Shown: positions 1 through 9,180, counted from the first letter of the stretch. The stretch is 48,540 bases of DNA from Magnetospirillaceae bacterium (GCA_035538835.1 DATLJN010000076.1:1-48540), one strand, 5' to 3'. The notes: a model not told the origin generated them from the letters alone. Program-made: numbers and translations.

Positions 1-1285
1 GGGCCGGAATGTTGATCAGGTGGGTGCGCAGGGTAGCGCCGCGGGCGGCGGTGTAGCGGGCGGTGCCGGTCAGGGTGGCGGCGGCGCGTAGCAGGTTGTG
101 GCAGATCGCGGCGAGGATGTTCCAGGCGGTGTTGGCGGCAAAAGAACCGGAGGGTTGGTGTGCCCAGGGTCCGTCGATCAGGTCGGACCAGACGGTTTCG
201 CAGATGGCGTGGTGGCGGTGGGTGAGGTCGGCTTGGTCGACGGGTTCGGTGTTGTTGGTGAAGAACGGGTGGTAGCGCCAGACCGGGAACAGCGGGTCCT
301 GGGTGTTGGCGTCCAGGACGCGGCGTACGACCAGCCAGCCGGTAAACGCGTGCGGGGTGTCGGCGAAGGCGGTGTATTCCACTTCGGCGACTTGCGCGTC
401 GGAGATCAGTTCGCCGGTGTCGGGATCTTCGTGGGCGCCTGGGTAATCGACGGGGACGTAAGCGTCGTCGGGGATGCTGTTGATCGCGGCGTCGACGCAA
501 TTGTTGCGGGCTATCGCGAAGGAGAAGGTGGCGCCGGCTTTGACGACCGCGGCGACCACCTTGCCGCTGCAGAACGCCGAGTCGCCGCGCATGAGAATGT
601 TGTGGGCCTGTGCACCGCAGGCTTGGGCGGTGTTGATCGCCTCGGTGACCATGCCGGCCGCGCCCCGCGACGAACCGGCACGCCCGGCCCGTAACCGCAC
701 CCCGGCCACCACCGGCGCGGCTATCCGGGTGCAGATCGTGGTTACCAGTGGTGACAGGCCGCGGCGCAGGACGGTCTTGCCGGCGATTTTGGTGTGGCCG
801 AACGAGGCGCCCTGCTTGGCTTTGCCGTACACCGGACGCAGCAGCGAATCGATGTCGATGAAGCAGCGCTCCTGGATGCCGTCCAGCAGCCCTGTCTGCT
901 GCGCCAGCGCGACCAGATGCCGGCGCAGCACCGCCGCAAGCTGCAGGGTATGGCCGTGGGTGAACTCGCGTAACAGGATCCCCAACGTGGCGTTGGCGTA
1001 CACCCCGCCGAAGAGTTGTTTCATCCCACCGGCACGGATGACGTCCAGGTCGTCGATGCTGTCCGCACCGGCGGCCATCCCAGCCACGATAGAGGTCAGC
1101 TTCGGTGTCGGGTTGGCCGCGCCGGAGCGGACCCGCTCGCTGGTGAACCGGACATGCTCATCCAGCAGCCGGGACAACCCGGCCTGCTCGGCCAGTTCCA
1201 GCAGCGGCACCAGACCCGCATGCGACACCAGATTTTCCTCGTCGAACACCGCGCTATCACCGCGCCAGGCATGAGATGCTTGCAC
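1..1285 (-). CDS. IS1380-family DDE transposase (C-terminal end beyond window start)
   Basis: Absent from the ORF track because its stop lies outside the window. Manual minus-strand translation from GTG 1285 stays open to position 1: VQASHAWRGDSAVFDEENLVSHAGLVPLLELAEQAGLSRLLDEHV...GADSIDDLDVIRAGGM...FGHTKIAGK... This N-terminal pattern is recalled from actinobacterial IS1380-family transposases. Codons are GC3-rich. Confidence 0.7.
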   Translation of the reverse strand, partial: MQASHAWRGDSAVFDEENLVSHAGLVPLLELAEQAGLSRLLDEHVRFTSERVRSGAANPTPKLTSIVAGMAAGADSIDDLDVIRAGGMKQLFGGVYANATLGILLREFTHGHTLQLAAVLRRHLVALAQQTGLLDGIQERCFIDIDSLLRPVYGKAKQGASFGHTKIAGKTVLRRGLSPLVTTICTRIAAPVVAGVRLRAGRAGSSRGAAGMVTEAINTAQACGAQAHNILMRGDSAFCSGKVVAAVVKAGATFSFAIARNNCVDAAINSIPDDAYVPVDYPGAHEDPDTGELISDAQVAEVEYTAFADTPHAFTGWLVVRRVLDANTQDPLFPVWRYHPFFTNNTEPVDQADLTHRHHAICETVWSDLIDGPWAHQPSGSFAANTAWNILAAICHNLLRAAATLTGTARYTAARGATLRTHLINIPA

Positions 1286-1286
1286 C

Positions 1287-1359
1287 GAGAGTGCCTTTCC
1301 AAGCCGGTCTGATCAAGGTCCTAGACAAACCTGATTATCCCAGCAGGACAGGCACTCTC
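1287..1359. repeat. 10-bp perfect inverted repeat GAGAGTGCCT (1287-1296) / AGGCACTCTC (1350-1359) next to the transposase start
   Basis: Read directly from the sequence. It could fold in the transposase 5' leader or lie near the IS terminus. Confidence 0.5.
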
Positions 1360-1751
1360 ATCACATTTCTACGCCACCGTTTGGACACAATGGACCGACC
1401 CCGTCCACGGATTCAGGCTAAGAGTGAAAACTCGTGACGGTGCCTTGAGGTCAAAGGCTGCCAGTCGGTGGTGTTAAATCCACAAAAGTTGTTGACTAAA
1501 TAAACTAAATAATTAAATCTCAAATGGTGCGGGAACGGTGAACCCTGGTGGCGCGCAAAAGCTCGTGGAAGAACATGTGCGCGCCTCCGTGGACTCACCA
1601 TAACCGGCATATTTACCGGCTTCGTTTATTTAAGCATGTCTTGATCTTGCCCTCAATGTGGTGGGTCTGTTCGTCATGCGTGAGGCCCAGTGGATATGCC
1701 GGTACTCCTCCAAAACCCAAGCGACATAACGGAAGGGAGAGGTATGACTAA

Positions 1752-1940
1752 GTGACCAACGTAGACAAACCCGAGCCGGGCAACCCGATCGTCGTCACCG
1801 GCCAGGAGCGGGCGCAACCGGCGGTGCGGCTGCTTGCCAGAGCTGCCATTGAGCTTGCGCGGCAACAGATTTCAGAATCCAAGCGTCAAGCGGAGACCAC
1901 TGGCGACACGCCCGAGCACGAGGGCGGTCGCCGTGCCTGA
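1752..1940 (+). CDS. small hypothetical protein (62 aa), first gene of the transfer module
   Basis: GTG start is preceded by GGAAGGGAGAGG. The frame is GC3-rich. Its stop overlaps the GTG start of the next gene (GTGCCTGA). Confidence 0.4.
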   Translation: MTNVDKPEPGNPIVVTGQERAQPAVRLLARAAIELARQQISESKRQAETTGDTPEHEGGRRA

Positions 1941-4140
1941 CCTTTGCTGGTTCGAAATCCACCCGCCGCGGGAGGTCGACCTGGCCGCGGTCACGGCGGT
2001 TATCCGCCCGCTGGCATCACGACCACGCTACGGCTTTCCCGCTGCGACGCCGCCCGTCGTCTTCGAAATGTGGAGCATCGGCGGCAAAGTTTCGTGGCTG
2101 CTCGGCATGGACCACCGGCTGTCCGGGAGCCTTCCAGCTCAGCTTCAAGCACACCTGCCGCGCCTTGGCCTGACACCCCAACCGACGCCACAGCGGCCGG
2201 CGCTGTCGGTCGGCGCGACTGTCCGCCTGGCCGGGTTGTCCTCGCCGCTGCGTACCGACACGGCGGGCGCGGTGAGCGCCGAACTTAGCTCCACCCTTTC
2301 GCGGCTGGGCAAAGACGAAGCCGCCTGCGTCCAGTGGGTCGTAGGTTCGAGCCAGTCGCGGGTCATTAGCCCGGCGAAGGTGGAGTTGGCCAAGGCGCTC
2401 GGTTTCCGCCCAGGCCATGGGGCGGTGCCGACACCGACCACGGAGCGGCTGTTCCGTGAGAAGGCCGCCGAACCGCTGTTCGGCGTACTTGGCCGCATCG
2501 CGGCTGCGGCCAAGGATTTCAGTCGCGCCAGCGCCATAGTGCGCGGCGTGGGCAGCGCCCTCCATCTCCTCAGTGCCGAACACGCCAGCCTGCGGGTCGG
2601 CCGGACAGATGCCGGAACCGCGCAGCGGCTCCACGACGCGGCCAAGCCGCCGTTTAGCTGGAGCGCAATCTTGAACGCCAGGGAGCTGGCCGCAGTCATC
2701 GGTTGGCCGACACAGGACGATGTGCCGGACCACCTGCCGACCGTCGGCGGGCACATTAACCTGGTTCCGTACCCGTTGTTGGGGGCGGAGCCGGATGGCG
2801 ATACGCACCCAAGCGAGCGGGTAATCGGGGAGAGCCTGCACCCGGCGCAGCGCGGGCAGCTGGTCACCATGCCGATTGCAAGTGCCAACCACCATACCCA
2901 CCTGATAGGTCCGACCGGTTCCGGAAAATCCACGCTCCTGTGTGGATTAATCCAAGCTGACATCGCGGCTGGACGCGGAACGCTTGTCGTCGAACCGCGT
3001 GGGGATCTCATAGAGGATGTGTTGGCCCGGATTCCAGCCGACCGCCGTGACGACGTGGTGGTCATCGACCCGGCGGACGCCTCGCGCGGCGTTGTCGGAC
3101 TCAATGTGCTTTCCGGACCGCGCGAAACCGCCGAACGCCGTGCCGACGAATTGGTTGGTCTGCTGGCAGCTATGGCTGGCAGCAACTGGGGACCCAGAAC
3201 AGCCGACGTCGCCCTGCACGCAATCCTCACGGCCGCAAGGCTTCCGGACGGCACCCTGCCGGATGTCGTGCAGCTGTTGACTAATCCGGGCTTTCGCCGC
3301 CGGGTGTTGGCGCAGGTTGGCGACCCGCTGGTGCTTTCGCCGTGGTGGGCGGGCTTCGAGGCTCTATCGGACGGTGAGAGAAGCCAATACATAGCGCCGT
3401 TGCTCAATAAACTCCGCGCCTTCCTTTCCAGGGATGTACTGCGGCAGATGACCGGCCAGTCCAGTCCAGCGTTCAGCTTCGACGATCTATTTACCAAGCG
3501 GCGCATTGTTTTGGCCAACCTGAATCGCGGGCTTCTCGGCGGCCCGGTATCCAACCTACTCGGTGCGCTGGTGCTCAGCCAGGTATGGGCGGCGCTGCAA
3601 CGCCGCACGGCTGTGCCGCGCGAACGGCGAAGCGTTACCGGCCTGTATGTGGATGAGTTCCAGGACTACGTGGATATCGTCGGTGGCCTCGACTTTGGCG
3701 ACGCACTCGCCCAGTCGCGCGGCCTGGGCGGAGCGTGGACACTGGCACACCAGCACTTCGCGCAGCTGTCGTCCGGCCTTCGGGCGGCGGTCCTCGCCAA
3801 CGCTCGCTCACGAATCACCTTTCGCCCGGGAACGGACGACGCGAAAGCCCTGGCCGTCGCCTTCGGATCGCGGCTCACCGCAGAAGATTTGCTCCGCCTT
3901 GGCAGCTACGAAGCCGTCGCCCAAATCCACCTGCACGGCCAGCCGACCCAACCATTCGCGGTGCGCACCCTGCCGCTCAGCCCGTGGACGAGTAAACCCG
4001 ACGAACTTCGCCGTTCAAGCGCCGAGCGTTACGGGATGGATGGCGCGGCAGTCGATGCCGCCCTTGCCGAACGCTGGCACGGCACGGGCGGCGGATCTCC
4101 CGATGAGCCCATCGGGGCGAAGCCGAGGCGACGGCCATGA
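1933..4140 (+). CDS. TraD/TraG/VirD4-like (type IV coupling protein-like) P-loop ATPase
   Basis: Walker A is GPTGSGKST and Walker B-like is LYVDEFQDY, followed by TLAHQHFAQL and ANARSRITFR. No N-terminal TM segment is seen. Start is set at GTG 1933, in frame with ORF-track 1834..4140, because the upstream part overlaps the small ORF. Confidence 0.65.
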   Translation: MPDLCWFEIHPPREVDLAAVTAVIRPLASRPRYGFPAATPPVVFEMWSIGGKVSWLLGMDHRLSGSLPAQLQAHLPRLGLTPQPTPQRPALSVGATVRLAGLSSPLRTDTAGAVSAELSSTLSRLGKDEAACVQWVVGSSQSRVISPAKVELAKALGFRPGHGAVPTPTTERLFREKAAEPLFGVLGRIAAAAKDFSRASAIVRGVGSALHLLSAEHASLRVGRTDAGTAQRLHDAAKPPFSWSAILNARELAAVIGWPTQDDVPDHLPTVGGHINLVPYPLLGAEPDGDTHPSERVIGESLHPAQRGQLVTMPIASANHHTHLIGPTGSGKSTLLCGLIQADIAAGRGTLVVEPRGDLIEDVLARIPADRRDDVVVIDPADASRGVVGLNVLSGPRETAERRADELVGLLAAMAGSNWGPRTADVALHAILTAARLPDGTLPDVVQLLTNPGFRRRVLAQVGDPLVLSPWWAGFEALSDGERSQYIAPLLNKLRAFLSRDVLRQMTGQSSPAFSFDDLFTKRRIVLANLNRGLLGGPVSNLLGALVLSQVWAALQRRTAVPRERRSVTGLYVDEFQDYVDIVGGLDFGDALAQSRGLGGAWTLAHQHFAQLSSGLRAAVLANARSRITFRPGTDDAKALAVAFGSRLTAEDLLRLGSYEAVAQIHLHGQPTQPFAVRTLPLSPWTSKPDELRRSSAERYGMDGAAVDAALAERWHGTGGGSPDEPIGAKPRRRP

Positions 4141-5081
4141 CCGCTCACAGCCCTACCGACCGCCCTACCCTTCGCCTCGGGCCAGGGGTAGCCCCGACGT
4201 GCGAGAACACCGAGCAGATCGCATCTACTGTCTCGTCGTCTTCCGCGCAGCTTCAGACGACTCGACCGCCCGGCCGCTCAGGACGGATCGCACGCCTGCG
4301 GGAGCGGATGAGCGGGCGTGACGCAGGGATGCTGCAATCGCTGGCACTGCTTCGCCTGATGACCGGCGGGCAGGTCGAGCGGCTGCATTTCACCGAAGGC
4401 TCGCCCGCCACCCGTGGCCGACGCTGCCGGGCGGCGCTCAAGCGGCTGGCCGAGCTTCGGCTCATCGTGCGGCTCGGGCGTCGCATTGGCGGGGTGCACG
4501 CCGGAAGCGCCGCATATGTCATCGGGCTTTCGGGCTACGGCCAGGCGGTCGTCGATAGCGATGGGCCTATGGGCGGCCGGCGACGGCGCGTCTGGGAAAC
4601 CAAGCCAAGCTTTACCGATCACGTCTTGGCGGTCGCCGACCTCTACGTTCGCCTGGTCGAGACCGAGCGGCTCGATCAGTTGGAGTTGCTCGAATTTCAG
4701 GCAGAGCCGCAGGCTTGGCGGCAATCCACCGGCAGTCACGGGCAAGCGGTGACCCTCAAGCCAGATGGATTCGTCCGGCTCGGCGTTGGCGATATGGAAC
4801 TGAGCAACTTCGTCGAGGTGGACATGGACACCGAAAGTCCGGCCACCCTTGGCCGCAAGATGCAGGCCTACGCCGCCTACTACAGAACAGGTGTCGAACA
4901 ACGCAGGCATGGCGTGTTCCCGCGCGTCTGGTGGCTTGGCTGCTCGGCGCGCAGCGTGGAACGCATCGCTCGCGTGGTACGCGGCCTGCCCCTTGATACT
5001 CAACCGCTGTTCGGCGTCGCTCATCTGGAGGACGCCATCCAGTCCCTAACAACCACGGCAAAGGAGGCCGCTCGTGAATGA
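4137..5081 (+). CDS. replication-relaxation (Replic_Relax) family protein
   Basis: ATGA overlap with the upstream gene. N-terminal winged-helix-like segment [19 protein letters not shown], then KPDGFVRL...FVEVDMDTE and YAAYY motifs as recalled for this family. The family commonly sits next to coupling-protein ATPases on Gram-positive mobile elements. Confidence 0.6.
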   Translation: MTAHSPTDRPTLRLGPGVAPTCENTEQIASTVSSSSAQLQTTRPPGRSGRIARLRERMSGRDAGMLQSLALLRLMTGGQVERLHFTEGSPATRGRRCRAALKRLAELRLIVRLGRRIGGVHAGSAAYVIGLSGYGQAVVDSDGPMGGRRRRVWETKPSFTDHVLAVADLYVRLVETERLDQLELLEFQAEPQAWRQSTGSHGQAVTLKPDGFVRLGVGDMELSNFVEVDMDTESPATLGRKMQAYAAYYRTGVEQRRHGVFPRVWWLGCSARSVERIARVVRGLPLDTQPLFGVAHLEDAIQSLTTTAKEAARE

Positions 5082-6136
5082 ACAATGAAACATCCCAACC
5101 CGCTAAACCCGCACTGCCACTGGGGCAAATCCTGATCGGAGATGCCCGTAAGCGGCTGCGCGAGCTGCCAAAGGGCAGCATCGACTGCTGTATTACCAGC
5201 CCACCGTATTACCAACTCCGCGACTACGGCCAGAAGGAGCAGCTCGGACTGGAAGACACCGTGGACGACTGGGCACTGAATCTCGCCGATGTCTGCGACG
5301 ACATCGCCCGTGTGCTCAAGCCGACTGGCGCGCTGTGGCTGAACCTCGGCGACCAGTACTCCAGTCACATCCGGCAGGGAACAGCGTTCAAGAGCTTGTT
5401 GCTGGGACCGCAACGGGTGGCGCTGGAGCTGGCAAAGCGGGGCTGGATCATCCGCAACCAGATCGTCTGGGCAAAGAAAAATCCAATGCCCTCAAGCGTT
5501 TCCGACCGCTTTACCAGTAGCTACGAGGTGCTGCTGTTCTGCGTGCGCTCGCGCCATTACCACTTCGACCTCGACCGGGTACGCCAGCCGCACGTCACTC
5601 CGACGCAGCCGAAGCGGCCGAAATCCCTGGACTACCAATACCTACCGAAACATGCCGTGCCCGAAGGCGGGCTGGTCGACCTCAACCGCGGGCTGGGTGC
5701 ACTCAAGGCGCGGGGTTTGGTTGGACATGATCTTGGGAAGAACCCCGGCGACGTCTGGCATTTGCCCACCGCCGCCTACCATGGCTCCCACTTCGCCACT
5801 TTCCCCGTGAGCCTGGTCGAGAGGCCGCTACTAGCCACCTGCCCCGCGAGGGTCTGCGTGGCTTGCGGAACGCCGTGGAAGCGGCGGCCGACGAACAGAA
5901 ACACCCGACCGGTTCGGCTCGGCACGTTGGTGTCGTGCTGCGAGTGCGAAGCAGAGACCCTGCCAGGCGTTGTGCTCGATCCGTTTCTCGGCAGCGGAAC
6001 CACAGCAGTCGCTGCGGAGACGTACGGCCGGCGGTGGATCGGGATCGAGCTCAACCCTGTGTACGTCGAGCTAGCCAACGCGCGCCTGCACCAGTGGCGG
6101 GCCGAACAGGCTGAGCGACAAAGCAAACGCCCGTAG
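5078..6136 (+). CDS. beta-class N4-cytosine/N6-adenine DNA methyltransferase (orphan)
   Basis: Catalytic motif [11 protein letters not shown] is near the N-terminus and the AdoMet motif [12 protein letters not shown] is near the C-terminus. A Cys-rich insert (CPARVCVAC...CCEC) lies between them. No adjacent endonuclease-like ORF. Confidence 0.8.
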   Translation: MNNETSQPAKPALPLGQILIGDARKRLRELPKGSIDCCITSPPYYQLRDYGQKEQLGLEDTVDDWALNLADVCDDIARVLKPTGALWLNLGDQYSSHIRQGTAFKSLLLGPQRVALELAKRGWIIRNQIVWAKKNPMPSSVSDRFTSSYEVLLFCVRSRHYHFDLDRVRQPHVTPTQPKRPKSLDYQYLPKHAVPEGGLVDLNRGLGALKARGLVGHDLGKNPGDVWHLPTAAYHGSHFATFPVSLVERPLLATCPARVCVACGTPWKRRPTNRNTRPVRLGTLVSCCECEAETLPGVVLDPFLGSGTTAVAAETYGRRWIGIELNPVYVELANARLHQWRAEQAERQSKRP

Positions 6137-6229
6137 CAACGTGTCGGCCTCGTCGGTGCCCTGCGGCCGAATGTCGTCATCCCTAAAAACCAAAGTGGAT
6201 GGCCGGCCGCTCGCACCGAGGAGGAGTCC

Positions 6230-6550
6230 ATGACGGACCCGAAGAGCTCCGGCGTCAAGACGCTGGGCGTGAAGCTCGACGATGCGCTGCACAGCCAGTT
6301 CTCACTGGTTGCAGCGCTCGATGAGCTGAGCCTCAACGACGCCGTGATCCGCGCGGTGGCGCTGTACGTCAAGACCAAGCAGCAAGAGCCGGACTTCGCA
6401 GCCAAGGCCGCTGCCAAGCTCGAGGAGATCGAGCGGGAAGCGGCAGCCAGGCGCGGAGCGATCCAGGCGCTGTTTGGCGGCACTGTGCCAGCCGAGGAAA
6501 CCAAGGCGGCCAAGGGAAGCAAGCGCGGCGGTGGCGAGACGGGCGCGTAG
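6230..6550 (+). CDS. ribbon-helix-helix (CopG/Arc/ParG-like) DNA-binding protein
   Basis: SD GAGGAGGAG lies upstream of the ATG. KTLGVKLDDALHSQFSLVAALDELSLNDAVIRAVALYV fits a strand-helix-helix layout. The C-terminal tail is low-complexity and Ala/Lys/Glu-rich. Confidence 0.5.
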   Translation: MTDPKSSGVKTLGVKLDDALHSQFSLVAALDELSLNDAVIRAVALYVKTKQQEPDFAAKAAAKLEEIEREAAARRGAIQALFGGTVPAEETKAAKGSKRGGGETGA

Positions 6551-6560
6551 GTGCGCCGAA

Positions 6561-6586
6561 GGTGGAGGAGCCTTCGCTCCTCCACC
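6561..6586 (+). terminator. G+C-rich hairpin after the RHH gene (GGTGGAGGAG-CCTTCG-CTCCTCCACC), no T-tract
   Basis: Perfect 10-bp stem beginning 11 nt after the stop codon. This is an actinobacterial-style terminator without a U tail. Confidence 0.4.
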
Positions 6587-6799
6587 GCACTACCCTCACG
6601 AAATTCGAACTCGTATGGGAGTGCTGAGAATTCCGCAGCACACTCTTTCGAGGAATGCTGCAATAATGACCTTGTTAACATAGGAGGAAGTAAATGTATG
6701 ACACAACGCAAAGATGGCTTTGACCAGGACGGACAACGCGATACCCTACCTGACCCTGGCGCGAAATCTCGCGCCAACGGCGATCTGGGAGGGCGGGAA

Positions 6800-7204
6800 A
6801 TGCATTCCACGAATGACGGCGCGAAACGCGCCATGGTCTATATCCGTGTGGCGAGCGCGGAGCATGGTTCAGAGGAACAGGCGCAACAGCAGGAGGTCGC
6901 CTGCAGGGAAACAGCTCAGCGGCTCGGGTTCACGCCCGTTGCCGTATATAGCGATATTGGCAGCACCGAGCGCCCCGGGCTGCGGCGGATGCTGGATGAG
7001 CTGGACACCATCAAGCCGACATCAGTCATAACCTTGGATCCCAGCCGGTTCGGACGAAAATACCAAGAGAACATGGCGGTGATGACTCGGCTGAGAGCGG
7101 CGGGCGTGGAGCCGGTATTTGCGCATGACCCAACCGAGGATCCGCTCGGACTTTCTTGGCGGCGGAGCGAAGCCTCTGTGGTGCGAGAGGCTGATGCAAA
7201 ATGA
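6800..7204 (+). CDS. serine-recombinase (resolvase) catalytic-domain-only protein
   Basis: SD GGGAGG precedes ATG 6800. MVYIRVASAE..., YSDIGSTERPGLRRMLDEL and ITLDPSRFGRK resemble the resolvase N-terminal domain. No HTH or recombinase domain follows. The usual RVS[ST] motif reads RVAS here. Confidence 0.55.
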   Translation: MHSTNDGAKRAMVYIRVASAEHGSEEQAQQQEVACRETAQRLGFTPVAVYSDIGSTERPGLRRMLDELDTIKPTSVITLDPSRFGRKYQENMAVMTRLRAAGVEPVFAHDPTEDPLGLSWRRSEASVVREADAK

Positions 7205-9180
7205 CCGCACATCGCGAACACGAAGCGCCGCCGCTGCACCTACCGCACGACAACGGCACCGACCAGGATCTTGATAGGCGGTCGGCGCGAAGCCTGCGGC
7301 GTGCAGCCAACAGCGAGGTGACGGTTGCTGGTCGGCGCGCCCTTGTCGTGCAGCTCAACGACACCGGTTCTGGTATTGCGGAAATGGCTACCTTCCTACG
7401 GGTAAAACGACCAGGGCTGGAACAACTGACCGCTACCCATATCCCCAGGGTGGCGATATATCTTCGGGTCAGCACCGAGGAGCAAGCCCGAGTCGGCGGC
7501 CAAGCCGAGGGCTTTTCGATCCCGTACCAACGCGACGCTTGCCTGACGAAGGTGCGCGACTTGGGCGGCATCCTGGCAGGCGAATACGTGGATGCCGGAG
7601 AGAGCGCAAAATCGGCTGACCGTCCCGAGCTGCAACGAATGCTTAAGGACCTCAAGGCCAAACGGATCGACTACGTCCTCGTCCACAAGATCGACCGGCT
7701 GGCCCGCAACCGTGCCGACGACGTCGCCATTAATACGGCCATCGCGGCGGCCGGTGCCAAGCTCATCTCGGTGGCCGAGCCGGTCGATGAAACCCCGGCG
7801 GGCAAGCTGCTCTACAACATGATGGCCGGGGTTGCCCAGTACCACTCCGACAACCTGGCCGTCGAGGTGCTCAAAGGCATGGTCACCAAGGCAAAGATGG
7901 GTGGTACGCCCTACCGTGCGCCACTGGGCTACCTCAACCACCAGGAAATCCACGATGGCATCGTGGTGCGCAGTATCGTGCTCGACCCTGAGCGAGCGCC
8001 GCTGATCCGCTGGGCCTTCGAGCAATATGCCCTGGGCATCTGGTCGTTGAGCCGCTTGGTGGACGCCTTGAATTCGCAAGGCCTGACCTCCCGGCCGACG
8101 CCCAAGCGGCCAGCCAAGCCGATCTCGCTCAACGGCATCCATTTCCTGATGCGCAACCCCTACTACATCGGTGTGGTGCCCTACCGGGGTGTGTTCCACG
8201 AAGGCAAACACGAGCCGCTGGTCAGCGTAGAACTGTGGCTACGGGTCCAAGACGTACTGACCGCCCACCGCGTCTCGGGCGACAAACAGTTCAAATACGA
8301 GCATTATCTCAAGGGCAGTATCTTTTGTGGTCAATGCGGTGCCCGGCTGGTCTACAGCCGCAACCGCGGCCGGGGCGGGGTCTACGAATATTTCGACTGC
8401 CTGTCCAAGAAAACCAAGCGACGCCCCTGCACCCAACGAGCTGTGCGCCTGCATAAGGTCGAAGCTGGCGTCGAACGGCTCTACGAGCACTTCCATCTTT
8501 CGGCTGCAAGGGCCACGCAGATCCGGGACGCGGTGCTCACCGAACTCGCGGCCGACCGTGACGAAGCAGACCGAGAAGTCCAGCGTGCGCTCAAGCGACT
8601 CCGCGCGGCGACTGACCAGCAGGCCAAACTGCTCCAGGCGCACTACGCCGGGGCGGTGCCGCTCGAGCTCATGAAGGCCGAGATGGAGCGGTTGACCAGC
8701 GAGAAAGCCCAAGCCGAGCGTTCCATCGCCAGCGCCAAGTCTTCTGTCGCCGACCTGGAAACCACGCTCAACGCGGCGCTAAAGATTGCTACCGAATGCC
8801 ATACCTATTACCACGAGGCTGAACCAGCCATCCGCCGCAGGCTCAACCAAGGCTTCTTCAAGAAGCTATATATACATGAAGACGGCCAGGTTGACCGCTT
8901 TGAGCTGACCGAGCCGTTTGCCACGCTGCTTGACCGCAGCCTGCCAGGCGTGCTTGCCAACCAGCGGCAGTCCCGGCTCGCCGGGGACCTTGCAGAGCAC
9001 CAGGAGCACAGGCTCGACACCGAAATCACAGCCGAAGACCGCACCAGCCCGTCAGCGGTACTGGCAAAAACCTTCACATGTGTGTCGAAAACAGACCAAC
9101 CGGACGGCGGTGCCATCCGGTTGGGTTTGAACATCCATGATGTGGTGCTGGGAGAGGGAGTCGAACCCCCGAAGACATAA
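7201..9180 (+). CDS. large serine recombinase (integrase)
   Basis: The catalytic domain shows AIYLRVSTEEQ, ADRPELQRML and VHKIDRLARN. It is followed by a recombinase domain, a zinc ribbon (CGQCGARL...DC...C) and a long coiled-coil. ATGA overlap with the upstream gene. Alternative starts are ATG 7384 or GTG 7450. The last ~40 codons lie in mid-G+C DNA, and the stop (9178-9180) falls inside antisense tRNA-Tyr. Confidence 0.9.
   Translation: MTAHREHEAPPLHLPHDNGTDQDLDRRSARSLRRAANSEVTVAGRRALVVQLNDTGSGIAEMATFLRVKRPGLEQLTATHIPRVAIYLRVSTEEQARVGGQAEGFSIPYQRDACLTKVRDLGGILAGEYVDAGESAKSADRPELQRMLKDLKAKRIDYVLVHKIDRLARNRADDVAINTAIAAAGAKLISVAEPVDETPAGKLLYNMMAGVAQYHSDNLAVEVLKGMVTKAKMGGTPYRAPLGYLNHQEIHDGIVVRSIVLDPERAPLIRWAFEQYALGIWSLSRLVDALNSQGLTSRPTPKRPAKPISLNGIHFLMRNPYYIGVVPYRGVFHEGKHEPLVSVELWLRVQDVLTAHRVSGDKQFKYEHYLKGSIFCGQCGARLVYSRNRGRGGVYEYFDCLSKKTKRRPCTQRAVRLHKVEAGVERLYEHFHLSAARATQIRDAVLTELAADRDEADREVQRALKRLRAATDQQAKLLQAHYAGAVPLELMKAEMERLTSEKAQAERSIASAKSSVADLETTLNAALKIATECHTYYHEAEPAIRRRLNQGFFKKLYIHEDGQVDRFELTEPFATLLDRSLPGVLANQRQSRLAGDLAEHQEHRLDTEITAEDRTSPSAVLAKTFTCVSKTDQPDGGAIRLGLNIHDVVLGEGVEPPKT
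9098..9122 (-). terminator. probable intrinsic terminator of the tRNA-Thr/tRNA-Tyr operon
   Basis: The minus strand reads AACCGGA-loop-TCCGGTT, followed by GGTCTGTTTTCG and a second T-run (GGTTTTTGCC). It lies 20 nt downstream of the tRNA-Tyr 3' end. Confidence 0.4.

Larger units (their letters stand above)
1..9060. mobile_element. G+C-rich integrated mobile element (IS copy plus mobilisation/conjugation and serine-recombinase modules); left boundary unresolved or outside the window
   Basis: Composition changes sharply near 9055-9065: G+C-rich coding DNA lies to the left, and mid-G+C DNA with the tRNA operon lies to the right. All recognisable genes in 1-9060 are mobile-element types. Confidence 0.7.

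Noticed and set aside
2145-3608. A long minus-strand ORF (487 aa), and similar ones at 2017..2901, 5776..6834, 7026..7661 and 7396..8211, all inside the G+C-rich island.
   Set aside because: These are typical antisense shadow ORFs of high-G+C genes. They are rich in Arg, Ala, Ser and Pro, have no motifs and no SD. The plus-strand frames carry clear Walker, methyltransferase and recombinase motifs.
1453-9069. A shared heptamer TGCCAGT, in inverted orientation, near 1460 and near 9056, considered as possible attL/attR half-sites.
   Set aside because: A 7-mer match between two search windows of a few hundred bases is expected by chance. No extended symmetry surrounds it.
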